Shown: positions 9,330 to 19,230 of the stretch, piece after piece | Layout of the letters: each line of letters begins with the position of its first letter | Numbering within the stretch: the first letter of the stretch is position 1 | DNA from: an uncultured Oscillospiraceae bacterium | GTDB lineage: Bacteria; Bacillota; Clostridia; Christensenellales; CAG-138 | DNA length: 64,000 nucleotides | Direction of reading: 5' to 3' | NCBI GenBank assembly: GCA_964461335.1 | Contig: CAYWTY010000002.1 | Location: 1,558-65,557 of the forward strand | Program-made: the position numbers and the translations under genes | The notes under the pieces: generated by a model | Databases searched by the model: none | Seen by the model: only the letters and a program-made list of their open reading frames with translations | What the model was told of the DNA's origin: nothing

Positions 9330-11206
9330 GCATGCCTTGCCTGCGCCTTGCGCCAAATTAAAAGCACTGCTACATCAGCAGGTGATACCCCAGGGATGCG
9401 CCCTGCAGCGCCAATGCTTTTCGGCCTTCGCGCTGCAAGCTTCTGCCGTGCCTCTGTTCTTAAGCCGCTTATACTTAAATAATCCGCATCCTGCGGAAGC
9501 GACGCGCCCTCAAGCGCTTGCATGCGCTTAACCTGTTCAAACTGTTTTTCGATATACCCGCCGTAATGCGCCATAATTTCAAGCTGCTCAAGCGCATTGG
9601 CTTCAAGCTCAGGTAGGAAATTATAAAGCGAGAGCAGCTCAGTATAGCGTACGCCCTTGCGCTTTAAAAGCTCAAAAAGCCGTATTCCGCTTTTAGCTGG
9701 TGGCTCGCCTTTTTGTTTAAGGTAAAGTTGAAGCAGAGCATCAGGCGGCACAACTTTTTCAAGGCGCTTTAGCGCATTTTCGAGCTCTTCGCGTTTTCTT
9801 AACAAAAGCGTATAGCGCTCTTGTGAAATAAGCCCTGTATCTTTTGCAAGCTCAGTCAGGCGCAAATCCGCATTATCCTGCCTTAGGATGAGCCGAAACT
9901 CAGCGCGCGATGTCATCATGCGATAGGGTTCATCAACGCCTTTTATTGTAAGGTCGTCAACCATAACTCCTATGTAAGCATCAGAGCGCGAGAGCAAAAA
10001 CTGCGCTTTGCCTAAAAGCCAGTTAGCTGCATTTATAGCTGCATAAAGCCCTTGGCCTGCTGCTTCCTCATAGCCTGAGGTGCCGTTAATTTGCCCTGCG
10101 CAATAAAGCCCCTCTATGTCCTTCTTTGAAAGCGTTGCAGTAAGTGCAGTAGGGTCAATGCAGTCGTATTCAATTGCATAGCCCGGCCGCGCAACCTCGC
10201 ATTCTTCAAGCCCTTTGATTGTGCGAAGCGCCTTAAGCTGCACATCAGCAGGCAGGCTTGTGCTCATGCCTTGGACATACATTTCGCTCGTTGAAAGGCC
10301 TTCAGGCTCTATAAAAACCTGGTGGCGCTCCTTATCTTTAAAGCGCACGATTTTATCTTCTATTGAGGGGCAGTACCTAGCGCCTGTACCCTCTATAATG
10401 CCTGCATACATAGGCGAGCGGTGAAGGTTAGCGCGAACAATTTCATGTGTTGCTTCGTTTGTGTATGTAAGGTGGCAGGGGGTCTGCACCATTTCACGCT
10501 CTTTTGTAAGGAAGGAAAACGCCTGCATAGGGGTATCGCCATCCTGCCGCTGCATTTTGGAATAATCAATGCTCTTGCCCAAAATGCGGGCAGGCGTGCC
10601 TGTTTTAAACCGCATAAGCGTAAAGCCGAGTTCCTCAAGCGCGCTTGATAGCCCCTCTGCACGCATATAGCCTGCTGGGCCGCTAGCTTGCTGCCAGTCG
10701 CCTATTAAGATGCGGCTTTTAAGGTATACGCCTGTGCAAAGAAGAAGCGCACGCGTATTTATTTTTGCGCCAGCAGTTGTGAGTATGCCTGTAACCTTGC
10801 CGCCCTTTACAAGTATGCGCTCACATTCGCCCTGCATAAGCGTAAGGCGCGGCTCTGTTTCAAGCGTTAGCTTCATGCGCTCGTGGTAGCGGCGCTTATC
10901 CATTTGGCCGCGCAGCGAATATACGGCAGGCCCTTTGCCTGTGTTTAGCATTCTAAGCTGAATTAAAGTATCGTCTGCAGCAAACCCCATTTCACCGCCA
11001 AGCGCATCTATTTCGCGCACAAGGTGCCCCTTGCTTGTTCCGCCTATTGCAGGGTTGCAGGGCATAAGGCCTATGCTATCAAGGTTAAGTGTAATTAAAA
11101 GCGTGGAAAACCCCATGCGGCTTAAGGCAAGCCCTGCTTCGCAGCCTGCGTGGCCGCCGCCAACAACAAGCGCGTCATAGCTTCCAGCGCTGTAATAGCT
11201 TTGCAT
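9326..11206 (-). CDS. mnmG: tRNA uridine 5-carboxymethylaminomethyl modification enzyme MnmG (GidA)
   Basis: FAD motif VVGGGHAGCEA and GQINGTSGYEEAAGQG. Start set to the ATG at 11206 (MQSYYSAGSYD, RBS aggagggcc). The 97-aa N-terminal extension in the ORF track is rejected. Confidence 0.92.
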   Translation of the reverse strand: MQSYYSAGSYDALVVGGGHAGCEAGLALSRMGFSTLLITLNLDSIGLMPCNPAIGGTSKGHLVREIDALGGEMGFAADDTLIQLRMLNTGKGPAVYSLRGQMDKRRYHERMKLTLETEPRLTLMQGECERILVKGGKVTGILTTAGAKINTRALLLCTGVYLKSRILIGDWQQASGPAGYMRAEGLSSALEELGFTLMRFKTGTPARILGKSIDYSKMQRQDGDTPMQAFSFLTKEREMVQTPCHLTYTNEATHEIVRANLHRSPMYAGIIEGTGARYCPSIEDKIVRFKDKERHQVFIEPEGLSTSEMYVQGMSTSLPADVQLKALRTIKGLEECEVARPGYAIEYDCIDPTALTATLSKKDIEGLYCAGQINGTSGYEEAAGQGLYAAINAANWLLGKAQFLLSRSDAYIGVMVDDLTIKGVDEPYRMMTSRAEFRLILRQDNADLRLTELAKDTGLISQERYTLLLRKREELENALKRLEKVVPPDALLQLYLKQKGEPPAKSGIRLFELLKRKGVRYTELLSLYNFLPELEANALEQLEIMAHYGGYIEKQFEQVKRMQALEGASLPQDADYLSISGLRTEARQKLAARRPKSIGAAGRIPGVSPADVAVLLIWRKAQARHA

Positions 11207-11378
11207 TAGGGCCCTCCTTTCGCTTATTTCGCTGCGTGTATGCAGATAATTTTGAATAAGTCCAGCAACGAGTATAGCAGAATAACGCCATTTTAACAAG
11301 CGTACAGGGTTCGGGTCTGTTGCTTTTGGCAGTTTGCATGTATACTGTAAATTGTATAAAGAATAAGTAAAGGGGCAA

Positions 11379-12482
11379 ATGATGGTTTCAAACGTATACT
11401 TTAGCGATATGCGCACACAGATTGGCGAAAGCCTGCTGACAAAGCTCAATGCACTTATGCTTGCAGCAGGTATAGAAAAGATAGACTTCAAACACAAATA
11501 TGCTGCAATAAAGCTGCATTTTGGCGAGCCAGGGAACCTTGCGTTTTTAAGGCCGAACTATGCAAGGGTTGTTGCATCGCTTGTTGAAAAGCTTGGAGGG
11601 AGACCCTTTTTAACAGACTGCAACACGCTCTATGTAGGTGGGCGAAAGAATGCGCTAGACCACCTTGAGGCAGCGTATCAAAACGGCTTTACGCCCTATT
11701 CAACAGGCTGCCATGTAATAATTGGCGATGGGCTTAAGGGAACTGACGAAATTATAGTGCCTATACCAGGGGGCGAGCTTTTACACGAGGCGCGCATAGG
11801 CCGCGCAATTATGGATGCGGATATTTTTATATCGCTCAACCATTTCAAAGGGCACGAGTCTACAGGCTTTGGAGGCGCGCTCAAAAATATAGGCATGGGC
11901 TCAGGCTCGCGCTCAGGGAAGATGGCTATGCACTCAAACGGCAAAGTAAAGGTGAGCAAGCGCAGCTGCATAAAATGCAAAGTCTGCAGCCGAGTTTGCG
12001 CGCATGACGCGCAGTCGTTTGATACAGGCGTTTGCGTAGTTGATTTAGAAAAATGCGTTGGCTGCGGCCGCTGCCTTGGCGTATGCCCTGTTGATGCGAT
12101 TTACCCGGCAACAGATAGCGCAAAAGAGCTGCTCAATAAAAAAATTGCAGAATACTCAGCTGCTGTGCTTTACGGCAGGCCGCATTTTCATATAAGCCTT
12201 GTTGTGGATGTTTCGCCCTATTGCGATTGTCACAGCGGAAATGATGCTGCAATTGTGCCTGACCTTGGCATGTACGCCTCGTTTGACCCTGTTGCGCTTG
12301 ATGTTGCATGCGCTGATGCAGTAAATAACGCTAAGCCCATTTTAAACAGCATGCTTGGCGAAGTTGAGCGCAAAGGCGATTGTTTTACGGATCTCTTCCC
12401 GATTACGGATTGGCGCACATGCATTGAACACGCAGTTAAGCTTAATATAGGCTCAGCTGAGTATAAGCTTATTAAGGTATAG
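11379..12482 (+). CDS. DUF362 domain protein with 2x[4Fe-4S] ferredoxin-type insert
   Basis: Cys clusters CIKCKVCSRVC and CVGCGRCLGVCP. The flanking regions are typical of the DUF362 family. Confidence 0.6.
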   Translation: MMVSNVYFSDMRTQIGESLLTKLNALMLAAGIEKIDFKHKYAAIKLHFGEPGNLAFLRPNYARVVASLVEKLGGRPFLTDCNTLYVGGRKNALDHLEAAYQNGFTPYSTGCHVIIGDGLKGTDEIIVPIPGGELLHEARIGRAIMDADIFISLNHFKGHESTGFGGALKNIGMGSGSRSGKMAMHSNGKVKVSKRSCIKCKVCSRVCAHDAQSFDTGVCVVDLEKCVGCGRCLGVCPVDAIYPATDSAKELLNKKIAEYSAAVLYGRPHFHISLVVDVSPYCDCHSGNDAAIVPDLGMYASFDPVALDVACADAVNNAKPILNSMLGEVERKGDCFTDLFPITDWRTCIEHAVKLNIGSAEYKLIKV

Positions 12483-12505
12483 CAGCACTTTAAGCGGAAC
12501 CAAAC

Positions 12506-12529
12506 AAAAGCGCCGAATGGCGCTTTTTA
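12506..12529 (+). terminator. intrinsic terminator
   Basis: agcgcc-gaat-ggcgct followed by ttttt. Confidence 0.65.
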
Positions 12530-12554
12530 TTTGGGGTTTTATAAAGATGCCTGC

Positions 12555-13250
12555 TTAAAACGGAAGCTCAATAGTTTTCCCAACAGGCGGTGGCGGTAAA
12601 AGCGTTGTATAAGGGGATATTTCATCATAAAAGCGCTGTGGCGGGTTAAACTCCTCCCCAAAGTGCATTGGCATAAAATACTTAGGCTTAAGCGCTTCTA
12701 AAAACATCACTGCGCCCCTAAAATAGTCGCTGCCCATTCTTTTATCAACAGGGAAGAAGGCAAGCTGAAGCTCTTTAACGCCTGCTTGAATACGCGAAAG
12801 CTCGTTTAAAAAATCCGCCTTTGCGCTAAGCACATATTCTTTTGTGCTCTCATCAGCCCAATGCCAGAAATTAAGGTCGCCAGCATGGAATATGGAGTGT
12901 TCGCCCCATTTTATATGGAAGCTTATGCCCTCGTCAGTACTTCCGCATGCATTAATCTGCATGCCGTTTACATTTGCATGTTCGCCTGGGTTTAGCGTAA
13001 CAGCTTCTTTTTTAGCAGGCACATCAAACGATACTGCAAATTTTGCGCCTAAAAGCTCCCAAATATCTTTTGAGTAATGGTCGCTGTGGCTGTGGCTTAC
13101 AAGCGCTGTAATGCTGTGCTTTTCACTAAGCGCCTTAGCGCCAAGCATTGAGTGTGCTTTAGGGTTAAAGCAGTCAAGTATGAGCATATCGTTATTTTGC
13201 ATAAGCGCGAAGCCGCTGTTTTTAAGGTAAGTTAGCTGCATTTTATTCAC
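12555..13250 (-). CDS. MBL-fold metallo-hydrolase
   Basis: HSHSDH metal-binding motif, 231 aa. Confidence 0.6.
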   Translation of the reverse strand: MNKMQLTYLKNSGFALMQNNDMLILDCFNPKAHSMLGAKALSEKHSITALVSHSHSDHYSKDIWELLGAKFAVSFDVPAKKEAVTLNPGEHANVNGMQINACGSTDEGISFHIKWGEHSIFHAGDLNFWHWADESTKEYVLSAKADFLNELSRIQAGVKELQLAFFPVDKRMGSDYFRGAVMFLEALKPKYFMPMHFGEEFNPPQRFYDEISPYTTLLPPPPVGKTIELPF

Positions 13251-13256
13251 CTTAGG

Positions 13257-14135
13257 CTATTGGTTTAAGTCGAAGCTTATTAAGGGGTTTGAGCCGCTTT
13301 GTACCTGCGGCAGCTTGCCATCCCATTTTTTTATTGTTTCGTAGTTAATAAGTTCTTTTGAGAGCGACTCTGCAAGCTTGCGGTTCGCTTCAGACTGTGC
13401 CGCGGCTTCAACAGCAATTCGCTTTGCACGCGCCTCTGCTTCAATAACTGCAGCTTCTGCTTCAGCTTCTGCTGCAATAAGTTTTTGCCTTGCAGCAGCT
13501 TGTGCAATAACAATTGCCTGCTCCTGTTCTGTGCGCGCTTTAATGAGGTTCTGCTCTGCGACCTGCTTTTGCTCAATCGCATTAATATACTCGTCTGAAA
13601 AATCCCAGTCAATTATATTTAAGTCTTCAACAATTATTCCAGAGGGCTGCATTTTTGCCTTTATATACTCATCAAGCATAACAGAGACCATGCTGCGCTC
13701 TGATACTAAAGTGCTTGCTGTATACTGGGCAACAACTGCTTTTAGCACCTCGTGAATTGCGGGTACAACAAGCACGTTTTCATATGCTGCGCCTAAGTTC
13801 TTATAAATAGAATAGCCCATGCCTCTGTCAATGCGGTAGTTGACTGCAATTACTGCTGAAATCGTCTGCAAATCCTTTGAAAACGCCTGCGTGTTGACTT
13901 CAAGCTTAACAATGCGGTTGTCGATTTGAACAACCCTCTGTGCAAAGGGTATTTTAACATGCATGCCTTCTTGGAGCACAAGCTCGCTTACTTTGCCAAG
14001 TGTAACAAGTACGCCTGTATGCCCTGCAGGTATAATTACAACGCTCCCTAATGCAAGCACAGCAAGTATGAGCAGAGAAAGAACAGAAGCAGTAAGTTTT
14101 TTTATAGAAAGCGTACCATCTTTATTTTTAAACAT
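13257..14135 (-). CDS. SPFH/band 7 (prohibitin-like) membrane protein
   Basis: N-terminal TM, then an SPFH core, then an Ala/Glu-rich coiled-coil tail (AEAEAEAAVIEAEARAKR). Confidence 0.8.
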   Translation of the reverse strand: MFKNKDGTLSIKKLTASVLSLLILAVLALGSVVIIPAGHTGVLVTLGKVSELVLQEGMHVKIPFAQRVVQIDNRIVKLEVNTQAFSKDLQTISAVIAVNYRIDRGMGYSIYKNLGAAYENVLVVPAIHEVLKAVVAQYTASTLVSERSMVSVMLDEYIKAKMQPSGIIVEDLNIIDWDFSDEYINAIEQKQVAEQNLIKARTEQEQAIVIAQAAARQKLIAAEAEAEAAVIEAEARAKRIAVEAAAQSEANRKLAESLSKELINYETIKKWDGKLPQVQSGSNPLISFDLNQ

Positions 14136-14331
14136 CTTGACCTCCTAGATATAGAAGCTGCGGAATAAAACCCGGCATGCTCAGTATATCATAGTCATGG
14201 GCGGCAAATAAGAAATAGTTTTTTTGCTGTATTGCCTTCAAGGTTGGCAAACCCCGAAAATCTGCTATACTGTATGGAGCAAAGCAGGCGCTTACTTTAA
14301 GCGTTTTTGCGCCTACATTTAGGGAGCATTA

Positions 14332-15957
14332 ATGGAAAAACGGACTTTCGTGCGCGGCGCGGCTGTGCTTGCAATAGCCGGGCTGCTTGTTAAATTTATA
14401 GGCGCTATATACCATATCCCGCTTGCAAACCTTGTAGGCGTAGGTGCAATGCGCTATTACGACATTGTATACCGCTACTATGCATGGCTTTTGGTAATTT
14501 CCTCAGCAGGGCTGCCTACTGCAATTTCAAAGCTTGTTTCAGAACGCGTAACGCTCCATGATTATAGGGGCGGGCGGCAAGTTTTTAAAACTGCATTCAG
14601 GCTGCTTCTTATTGTAGGCGTGCTTACATCGCTCTTAATGTATTTTGGCGCAGGGCTGCTCTCAGGCATTTCCTACCCTGCAAATGCATCAGCTGAAATT
14701 GCAAAACAAGCGCTCTCGTTTAGGGCGCTTGCACCTGCACTGCTTTTTGTTTCGCTTATGTGCGCATATCGCGGCTATCTCCAGGGGATGCAGCAAATGA
14801 CAGGCACAGCAGTCTCCCAGGTTGCAGAGCAGCTTTTTAAGCTTGCAGCCGGCTTTGCGCTTGCAAAACTGCTTCTTCCACGCGGGCCTGAATATGCGGC
14901 AATGGGCGCGCTAATTGGCGTAAGCATATCAGAGTTTATTGCGCTTATAATTATCTTTATATTTTATATAAGGCGCAGGCAAAGCTTTATTGAGCCACAA
15001 AGCGCAAAGGTAAAGCCGGAGACATCCGCACTTCCTATAAGCAGGCAGATTTTACTTATTGCTGTGCCTGTTACAATTGGCGCATCTATTATGCCCTTAA
15101 CAGGCATACTCGACAGCGCGCTTATTATTAGAACTCTTGAAGGTATAGGCTTTAGTGTAGATGCTGCAGGCGAAGCGTACTCGCTTTTATACTCCTATGT
15201 AACGCGCGTAATCAACATGCCTGCTGTGCTTACAGTTGCGCTTGCAATGAGTTTAGTGCCTGCAATTTCTTCCTATGTTGCAAAAAAGGAGTTCAAGCTT
15301 GTAAAAAATGCAGCATTAACAGGTATGAAGCTTGCTCTAATAATTGGTACGCCATGTGCAGTAGGGCTTTATGTGCTTGCAGAGCCAATACTCAGCATGC
15401 TTTATTCTTCGCTTACACAAGTGCAGCTTAGTGTTGCTGCTGACCTTATGCGAACAGCCTGCGTAGGCATTGTGTTCCTTTCGCTTGTTCAGGCGCTCAC
15501 AGGCATTATCCAGGGGATAGGCAAGCCATATGTGCCTGTAATAAATTTGGTTTTTGGCAGCATACTCAAGGTTATTACTCTGCTCGTGCTTATGCGGCGG
15601 CCGGAGATTAACATTCAAGGGGCTGCTGTTTCAACAGTTGTGTGCTATGCAGTAGCAGGCATACTCGACATTATATACCTTGTGCGAAAAACCGGCCTAG
15701 CGCTTAATATATTTGATGTGTTTATAAAACCTGTGTTTTCCTCAGCGCTTATGGGTGTTGCTGTATATGCGCTCTATACTTTCCTTGTTGCGCGAATAAG
15801 CCCTACGCTTGCAACACTATTTGCAGTTGCAATTGGTGTAGCGCTTTATGCAGCTCTGTTTTTAGGCCTAAAGATGATGAATGCGAATGACCTTGCGTTT
15901 ATCCCCGGCGGCAGCAGGCTTAAAGCATTAATGGGTCAGCCCAAAAGGAGGCGTTAA
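14332..15957 (+). CDS. MOP-superfamily flippase (SpoVB/YabM-like polysaccharide biosynthesis protein)
   Basis: 541 aa with about 14 TM segments. Synteny with yabN(mazG)-hup, as in the Bacillus yabM-yabN region. Confidence 0.75.
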   Translation: MEKRTFVRGAAVLAIAGLLVKFIGAIYHIPLANLVGVGAMRYYDIVYRYYAWLLVISSAGLPTAISKLVSERVTLHDYRGGRQVFKTAFRLLLIVGVLTSLLMYFGAGLLSGISYPANASAEIAKQALSFRALAPALLFVSLMCAYRGYLQGMQQMTGTAVSQVAEQLFKLAAGFALAKLLLPRGPEYAAMGALIGVSISEFIALIIIFIFYIRRRQSFIEPQSAKVKPETSALPISRQILLIAVPVTIGASIMPLTGILDSALIIRTLEGIGFSVDAAGEAYSLLYSYVTRVINMPAVLTVALAMSLVPAISSYVAKKEFKLVKNAALTGMKLALIIGTPCAVGLYVLAEPILSMLYSSLTQVQLSVAADLMRTACVGIVFLSLVQALTGIIQGIGKPYVPVINLVFGSILKVITLLVLMRRPEINIQGAAVSTVVCYAVAGILDIIYLVRKTGLALNIFDVFIKPVFSSALMGVAVYALYTFLVARISPTLATLFAVAIGVALYAALFLGLKMMNANDLAFIPGGSRLKALMGQPKRRR

Positions 15958-15965
15958 GTAAAAGA

Positions 15966-17411
15966 ATGCCTATGCTTACACTTGTAGCCCTAAGCACTCC
16001 TAAAAATATTTCACTTTCTGCACTTTCATGCTGCAAAAATGCAAAAACGCTCTTTGTGCAGACTGCTAAGACACCCTGCGTGCAGCCCCTTGTTGAGGTA
16101 GGGCTCGACTTTTTAAGTATGGACGAGCTCTATGCAGAAAGTGCGGATTTCCCCTCTTTAAACGAAGCAATATGTAAAACGCTTTTAAAAGCATGTGAAA
16201 AGGGCGATGTTGTATATGCAGTGCCTGGCAGCGGCATAAGCGAGGCGCTTATGGGGCTAAGCTTAAAAGCGAAAGCGCATGGCATATGCGTAAAGTTTAT
16301 TGCAGGTGCGGGCTTTGCGCAGTCTTGCATAAGCGAAGCTGCACTCGGCTTTGACGAATATAGGGTTTCAGCTGCTTCAGCCTTAACTGCACCAATAAAC
16401 CCTGCTGTTGCGCTTGCAATAGAAGAGCTTGACTCGAGCTTATCTGCAGGCGAGGTTAAGCTTATGCTTCTTGAATACTACCCGAGCAGCCACAGCGTTG
16501 AGTTTTGCACATTGCAAAACAACGGCTGCTACAATATTAAAACTATTCCGCTTTTTGAGCTTGACAGGCAGGCGCACTACAATGCACCAACAGTTGTTTT
16601 AGTTAAGCCGCTTCCATTGCTTTCGCTTGAGCGCTTTGGCTTTAATGAGCTTGAAGCGATTATTGCGTATTTGCGCGGGCCTAAGGGCTGCCCTTGGGAT
16701 AGGGAGCAGACGCATGAAAGCCTTAAAAAGAACATGGTTGAAGAATGTTATGAGGCGCTTGAAGCAATAGAAAATAAAGATGACAGCGCGCTGTGCGAGG
16801 AGCTTGGGGATGTGCTTTTGCAATGCGTGCTCCATGCAGAAATAGCCAGAGAGCGGGGCAGCTTTTGTGCAAGGGATATCATAAGCACACTTGTAGAAAA
16901 GCTTATTTACAGGCATCCCCATGTGTTTAAAGGCACAAATGCAGCTTCAGCAGAAGCTGTAATAGAAAAATGGGAGCAGCTTAAAAAAGCGGAAAAGCAG
17001 TTTTTAACACATGGCGATGTACTTAGCGCTGTGCCAAAGAACCTGCCAAGCCTAATGCGCGCGAATAAGCTCCAGTTAAAGGCGAGCCAAGCAGGCTTTG
17101 ACTGGGATAATGCAGCTTTGGCGCTTAACAAGCTTGAAGAAGAGCTTTTAGAGCTTAAAGAAGCGCTAAACGGCTCTGGTGATGAAGCTAGTGAGCTTGG
17201 GGATTTGCTTTTTGCAGCAGTTAATGTTGCAAGGCTCTTAAAGCTTGAGCCTGAGGAGCTTCTATCAAAAGCCTCTGAGAAGTTCACCCGCCGTTTCATA
17301 GCTATGGAAGCGCTTGCCCTAAGCCGCAATGGGGAGTTTCTAAAACTCAGCCTTTTAGAAAAGGACAAGCTTTGGGATGAAGTCAAAATCACCGAAAATA
17401 GCCAAATATAA
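15966..17411 (+). CDS. mazG: YabN-like bifunctional protein (methylase-like N-domain plus tandem MazG NTP pyrophosphohydrolase)
   Basis: Two MazG repeats (EECYEALEAIE..ELGDVLLQ and EEELLELKEAL..ELGDLLFA). Confidence 0.8.
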   Translation: MPMLTLVALSTPKNISLSALSCCKNAKTLFVQTAKTPCVQPLVEVGLDFLSMDELYAESADFPSLNEAICKTLLKACEKGDVVYAVPGSGISEALMGLSLKAKAHGICVKFIAGAGFAQSCISEAALGFDEYRVSAASALTAPINPAVALAIEELDSSLSAGEVKLMLLEYYPSSHSVEFCTLQNNGCYNIKTIPLFELDRQAHYNAPTVVLVKPLPLLSLERFGFNELEAIIAYLRGPKGCPWDREQTHESLKKNMVEECYEALEAIENKDDSALCEELGDVLLQCVLHAEIARERGSFCARDIISTLVEKLIYRHPHVFKGTNAASAEAVIEKWEQLKKAEKQFLTHGDVLSAVPKNLPSLMRANKLQLKASQAGFDWDNAALALNKLEEELLELKEALNGSGDEASELGDLLFAAVNVARLLKLEPEELLSKASEKFTRRFIAMEALALSRNGEFLKLSLLEKDKLWDEVKITENSQI

Positions 17412-17423
17412 GCAATAAAGGTA

Positions 17424-17452
17424 TTGAATAACGCAGAAAAGGCTGATACAAT
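17424..17452 (+). promoter_or_regulatory. sigma-A type promoter of hup
   Basis: TTGAAT, 17 nt, TACAAT, about 58 nt upstream of the hup ATG. Confidence 0.5.
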
Positions 17453-17510
17453 AGTTTCGCAATAGTGCAATTTTGGTTTCCGAAAGATAAAATGAGGAGG
17501 ATTCTCGGGT

Positions 17511-17783
17511 ATGAACAAAGCTGATTTAGTCGCAGCAATCGCAGAAAAGAGCGGCCTGCCAAAAAAAGATGCAGATAAGGCGCTAAGCGCATTCATTGCT
17601 GCAGTAACAGAAGCGCTTCAAGCCGACGATAAGGTCCAAATAGTTGGGTTTGGCGTATTTGAGGCAAAGCACCGCGAAGCGCGCAAAGGCCACAACCCCA
17701 TGACTGGGGCTGAAATTGATATTCCGGCATCTGTTGCGCCTTCCTTTAAGGCTGGCAAAGCGCTAAAGGATGCGTTGAATTAA
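17511..17783 (+). CDS. hup: DNA-binding protein HU
   Basis: MNKADLV...GFGVFE...ARKGHNPMTG...PSFKAGKALK, 90 aa. Confidence 0.92.
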   Translation: MNKADLVAAIAEKSGLPKKDADKALSAFIAAVTEALQADDKVQIVGFGVFEAKHREARKGHNPMTGAEIDIPASVAPSFKAGKALKDALN

Positions 17784-17799
17784 TCTAAGTCGTAAGCCA

Positions 17800-17837
17800 A
17801 AAAAGCTCCGCGCCTTATTCAGGGTGCGGAGCTTTTG
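17800..17837. terminator. bidirectional intrinsic terminator between hup and serS
   Basis: aaaa-agctccgc...gcggagct-tttt, flanked by an A-run and a T-run. Confidence 0.7.
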
Positions 17838-17853
17838 TGGCTTAAGTTACGTT

Positions 17854-19134
17854 TTACAACACAGGTTCAATGATGTTTGCGCCCATATACGGCACGAGCA
17901 CTTTGGGGATTTTTATAGAGCCATCCTGCTGCTGGAAGTTTTCTAAAATTGCGGCAACTGTGCGGCCTATTGCAACGCCTGAGCCATTTAACGTATGCAA
18001 AAACTCCGGCTTTGATTTATTTTCCCTGCGGAAGCGGATATTCGCGCGCCTTGATTGAAAATCCTCAAAGTTTGAGCAGGAGCTGATTTCTACATATCTT
18101 CCATAGCTTGGCATATACACTTCTATATCGTATGTTTTTGCGGATGCAAAGCCTAAGTCGCCTGTGCAAAGCGATACAACCCTGTATGCAAGCCCAAGCT
18201 TTTTTAGCACAAGCTCAGCGTCTTTTGTGAGCGCTTCAAGCTCAGCGTAGGAAGTTTCGGGGCTTGCGAATTTAACGAGCTCTACCTTGTTAAACTGGTG
18301 CTGGCGGATAAGCCCGCGCGTATCCCTGCCTGCGCTGCCTGCTTCAGCCCTAAAGCATGCGCTGTATGCGCAGTATTTAACAGGGAGCTCCTCCAGTAAA
18401 AGAATGTCGTCGCGGAACATATTTGTAACAGGCACTTCAGCAGTTGGTATTAAAAAATAGTCTGAATTTGTGAGCTTAAACGCATCATCTTCAAACTTGG
18501 GTAGCTGGCCTGTACCAACCATGCTTGCCCTGTTTACTATAAACGGAGGGAAGATTTCCGTATAGCCACTCTCGCATGTGTGCGTATCTAAATAAAAGTT
18601 TATTATTGCGCGCTCAAGCCTTGCGCCAAGCCCTTTGTAAAAAGTAAAGCGTGAGCCTGTTACTTTGGCTGCAGTAGCAAAGTCGAGTATGCCCAAGCTT
18701 TCGCCAAGCTCCCAGTGCGGCTTTGGCTCAAAGTTGAACAGAGGAGGGTCGCCACAAATGCGAAGCGCTTTATTTTCGGTTTCGTTTATACCTATTGGCA
18801 CACTTTCATGCGGGATATTTGGGAGGGTATATAAAAGCGAACTAAGCTCTGTTTCAAGCTCTAAAAGTTCTGCGTCAAGCTCTTTAATATTTTGTGCAAG
18901 AAGCTTCATTTCTTCCATAAGCAGAGTTGTATCTTCATTGCTGCGTTTTAAGGCTGGGATTTTTGCGCTTGCTTCATTGCGGCGGCTCTTAAGTGACTCT
19001 GCTTCAAAAAGCAGTTTTTTGCGCTTTAAGTCAACTTCTAAAAGCGCGTCAATATCTGCGCCTTTTTCCTGCCTGTTTTTAAGCGCAGTTTTTATAAACT
19101 CCGGGTTTTCGCGTATTCGCTTTATATCGAGCAT
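17854..19134 (-). CDS. serS: seryl-tRNA synthetase
   Basis: N-terminal coiled coil [13 protein letters not shown] and class II motifs ([39 protein letters not shown]). Start at the ATG at 19134. Confidence 0.93.
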   Translation of the reverse strand: MLDIKRIRENPEFIKTALKNRQEKGADIDALLEVDLKRKKLLFEAESLKSRRNEASAKIPALKRSNEDTTLLMEEMKLLAQNIKELDAELLELETELSSLLYTLPNIPHESVPIGINETENKALRICGDPPLFNFEPKPHWELGESLGILDFATAAKVTGSRFTFYKGLGARLERAIINFYLDTHTCESGYTEIFPPFIVNRASMVGTGQLPKFEDDAFKLTNSDYFLIPTAEVPVTNMFRDDILLLEELPVKYCAYSACFRAEAGSAGRDTRGLIRQHQFNKVELVKFASPETSYAELEALTKDAELVLKKLGLAYRVVSLCTGDLGFASAKTYDIEVYMPSYGRYVEISSCSNFEDFQSRRANIRFRRENKSKPEFLHTLNGSGVAIGRTVAAILENFQQQDGSIKIPKVLVPYMGANIIEPVL

Positions 19135-19230
19135 GCTTCCTTGTATGATATACAGATGGCAAAAGCCGTGTGTAGTCATACGCTCCTTCCAAAGTTTTTG
19201 CTATAGTTTGGATAGGTGCTGTTGCCTGTT

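Noticed and set aside
11207-11497. 97-aa N-terminal extension of mnmG in the ORF track. Similar short extensions occur for serS, argS, kbl, spo0A, msrAB, recD2, tadC, tadZ and the prepilin peptidase.
   Set aside because: The conserved N-termini start at internal ATG or GTG codons preceded by good RBSs. The extensions overlap divergent genes or promoters.
16907-17596. 229-aa minus-strand ORF.
   Set aside because: It is antisense to the 3' half of mazG/yabN and the hup promoter. The product is Ser/Phe/Ala-rich low complexity, typical of a shadow ORF.
19135-19230. Possible T-box leaders for serS and argS (also 20920-20998).
   Set aside because: The spacers are only about 80-100 nt and lack the T-box sequence. 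The genes appear to be co-transcribed with the upstream yabE-rsmA.
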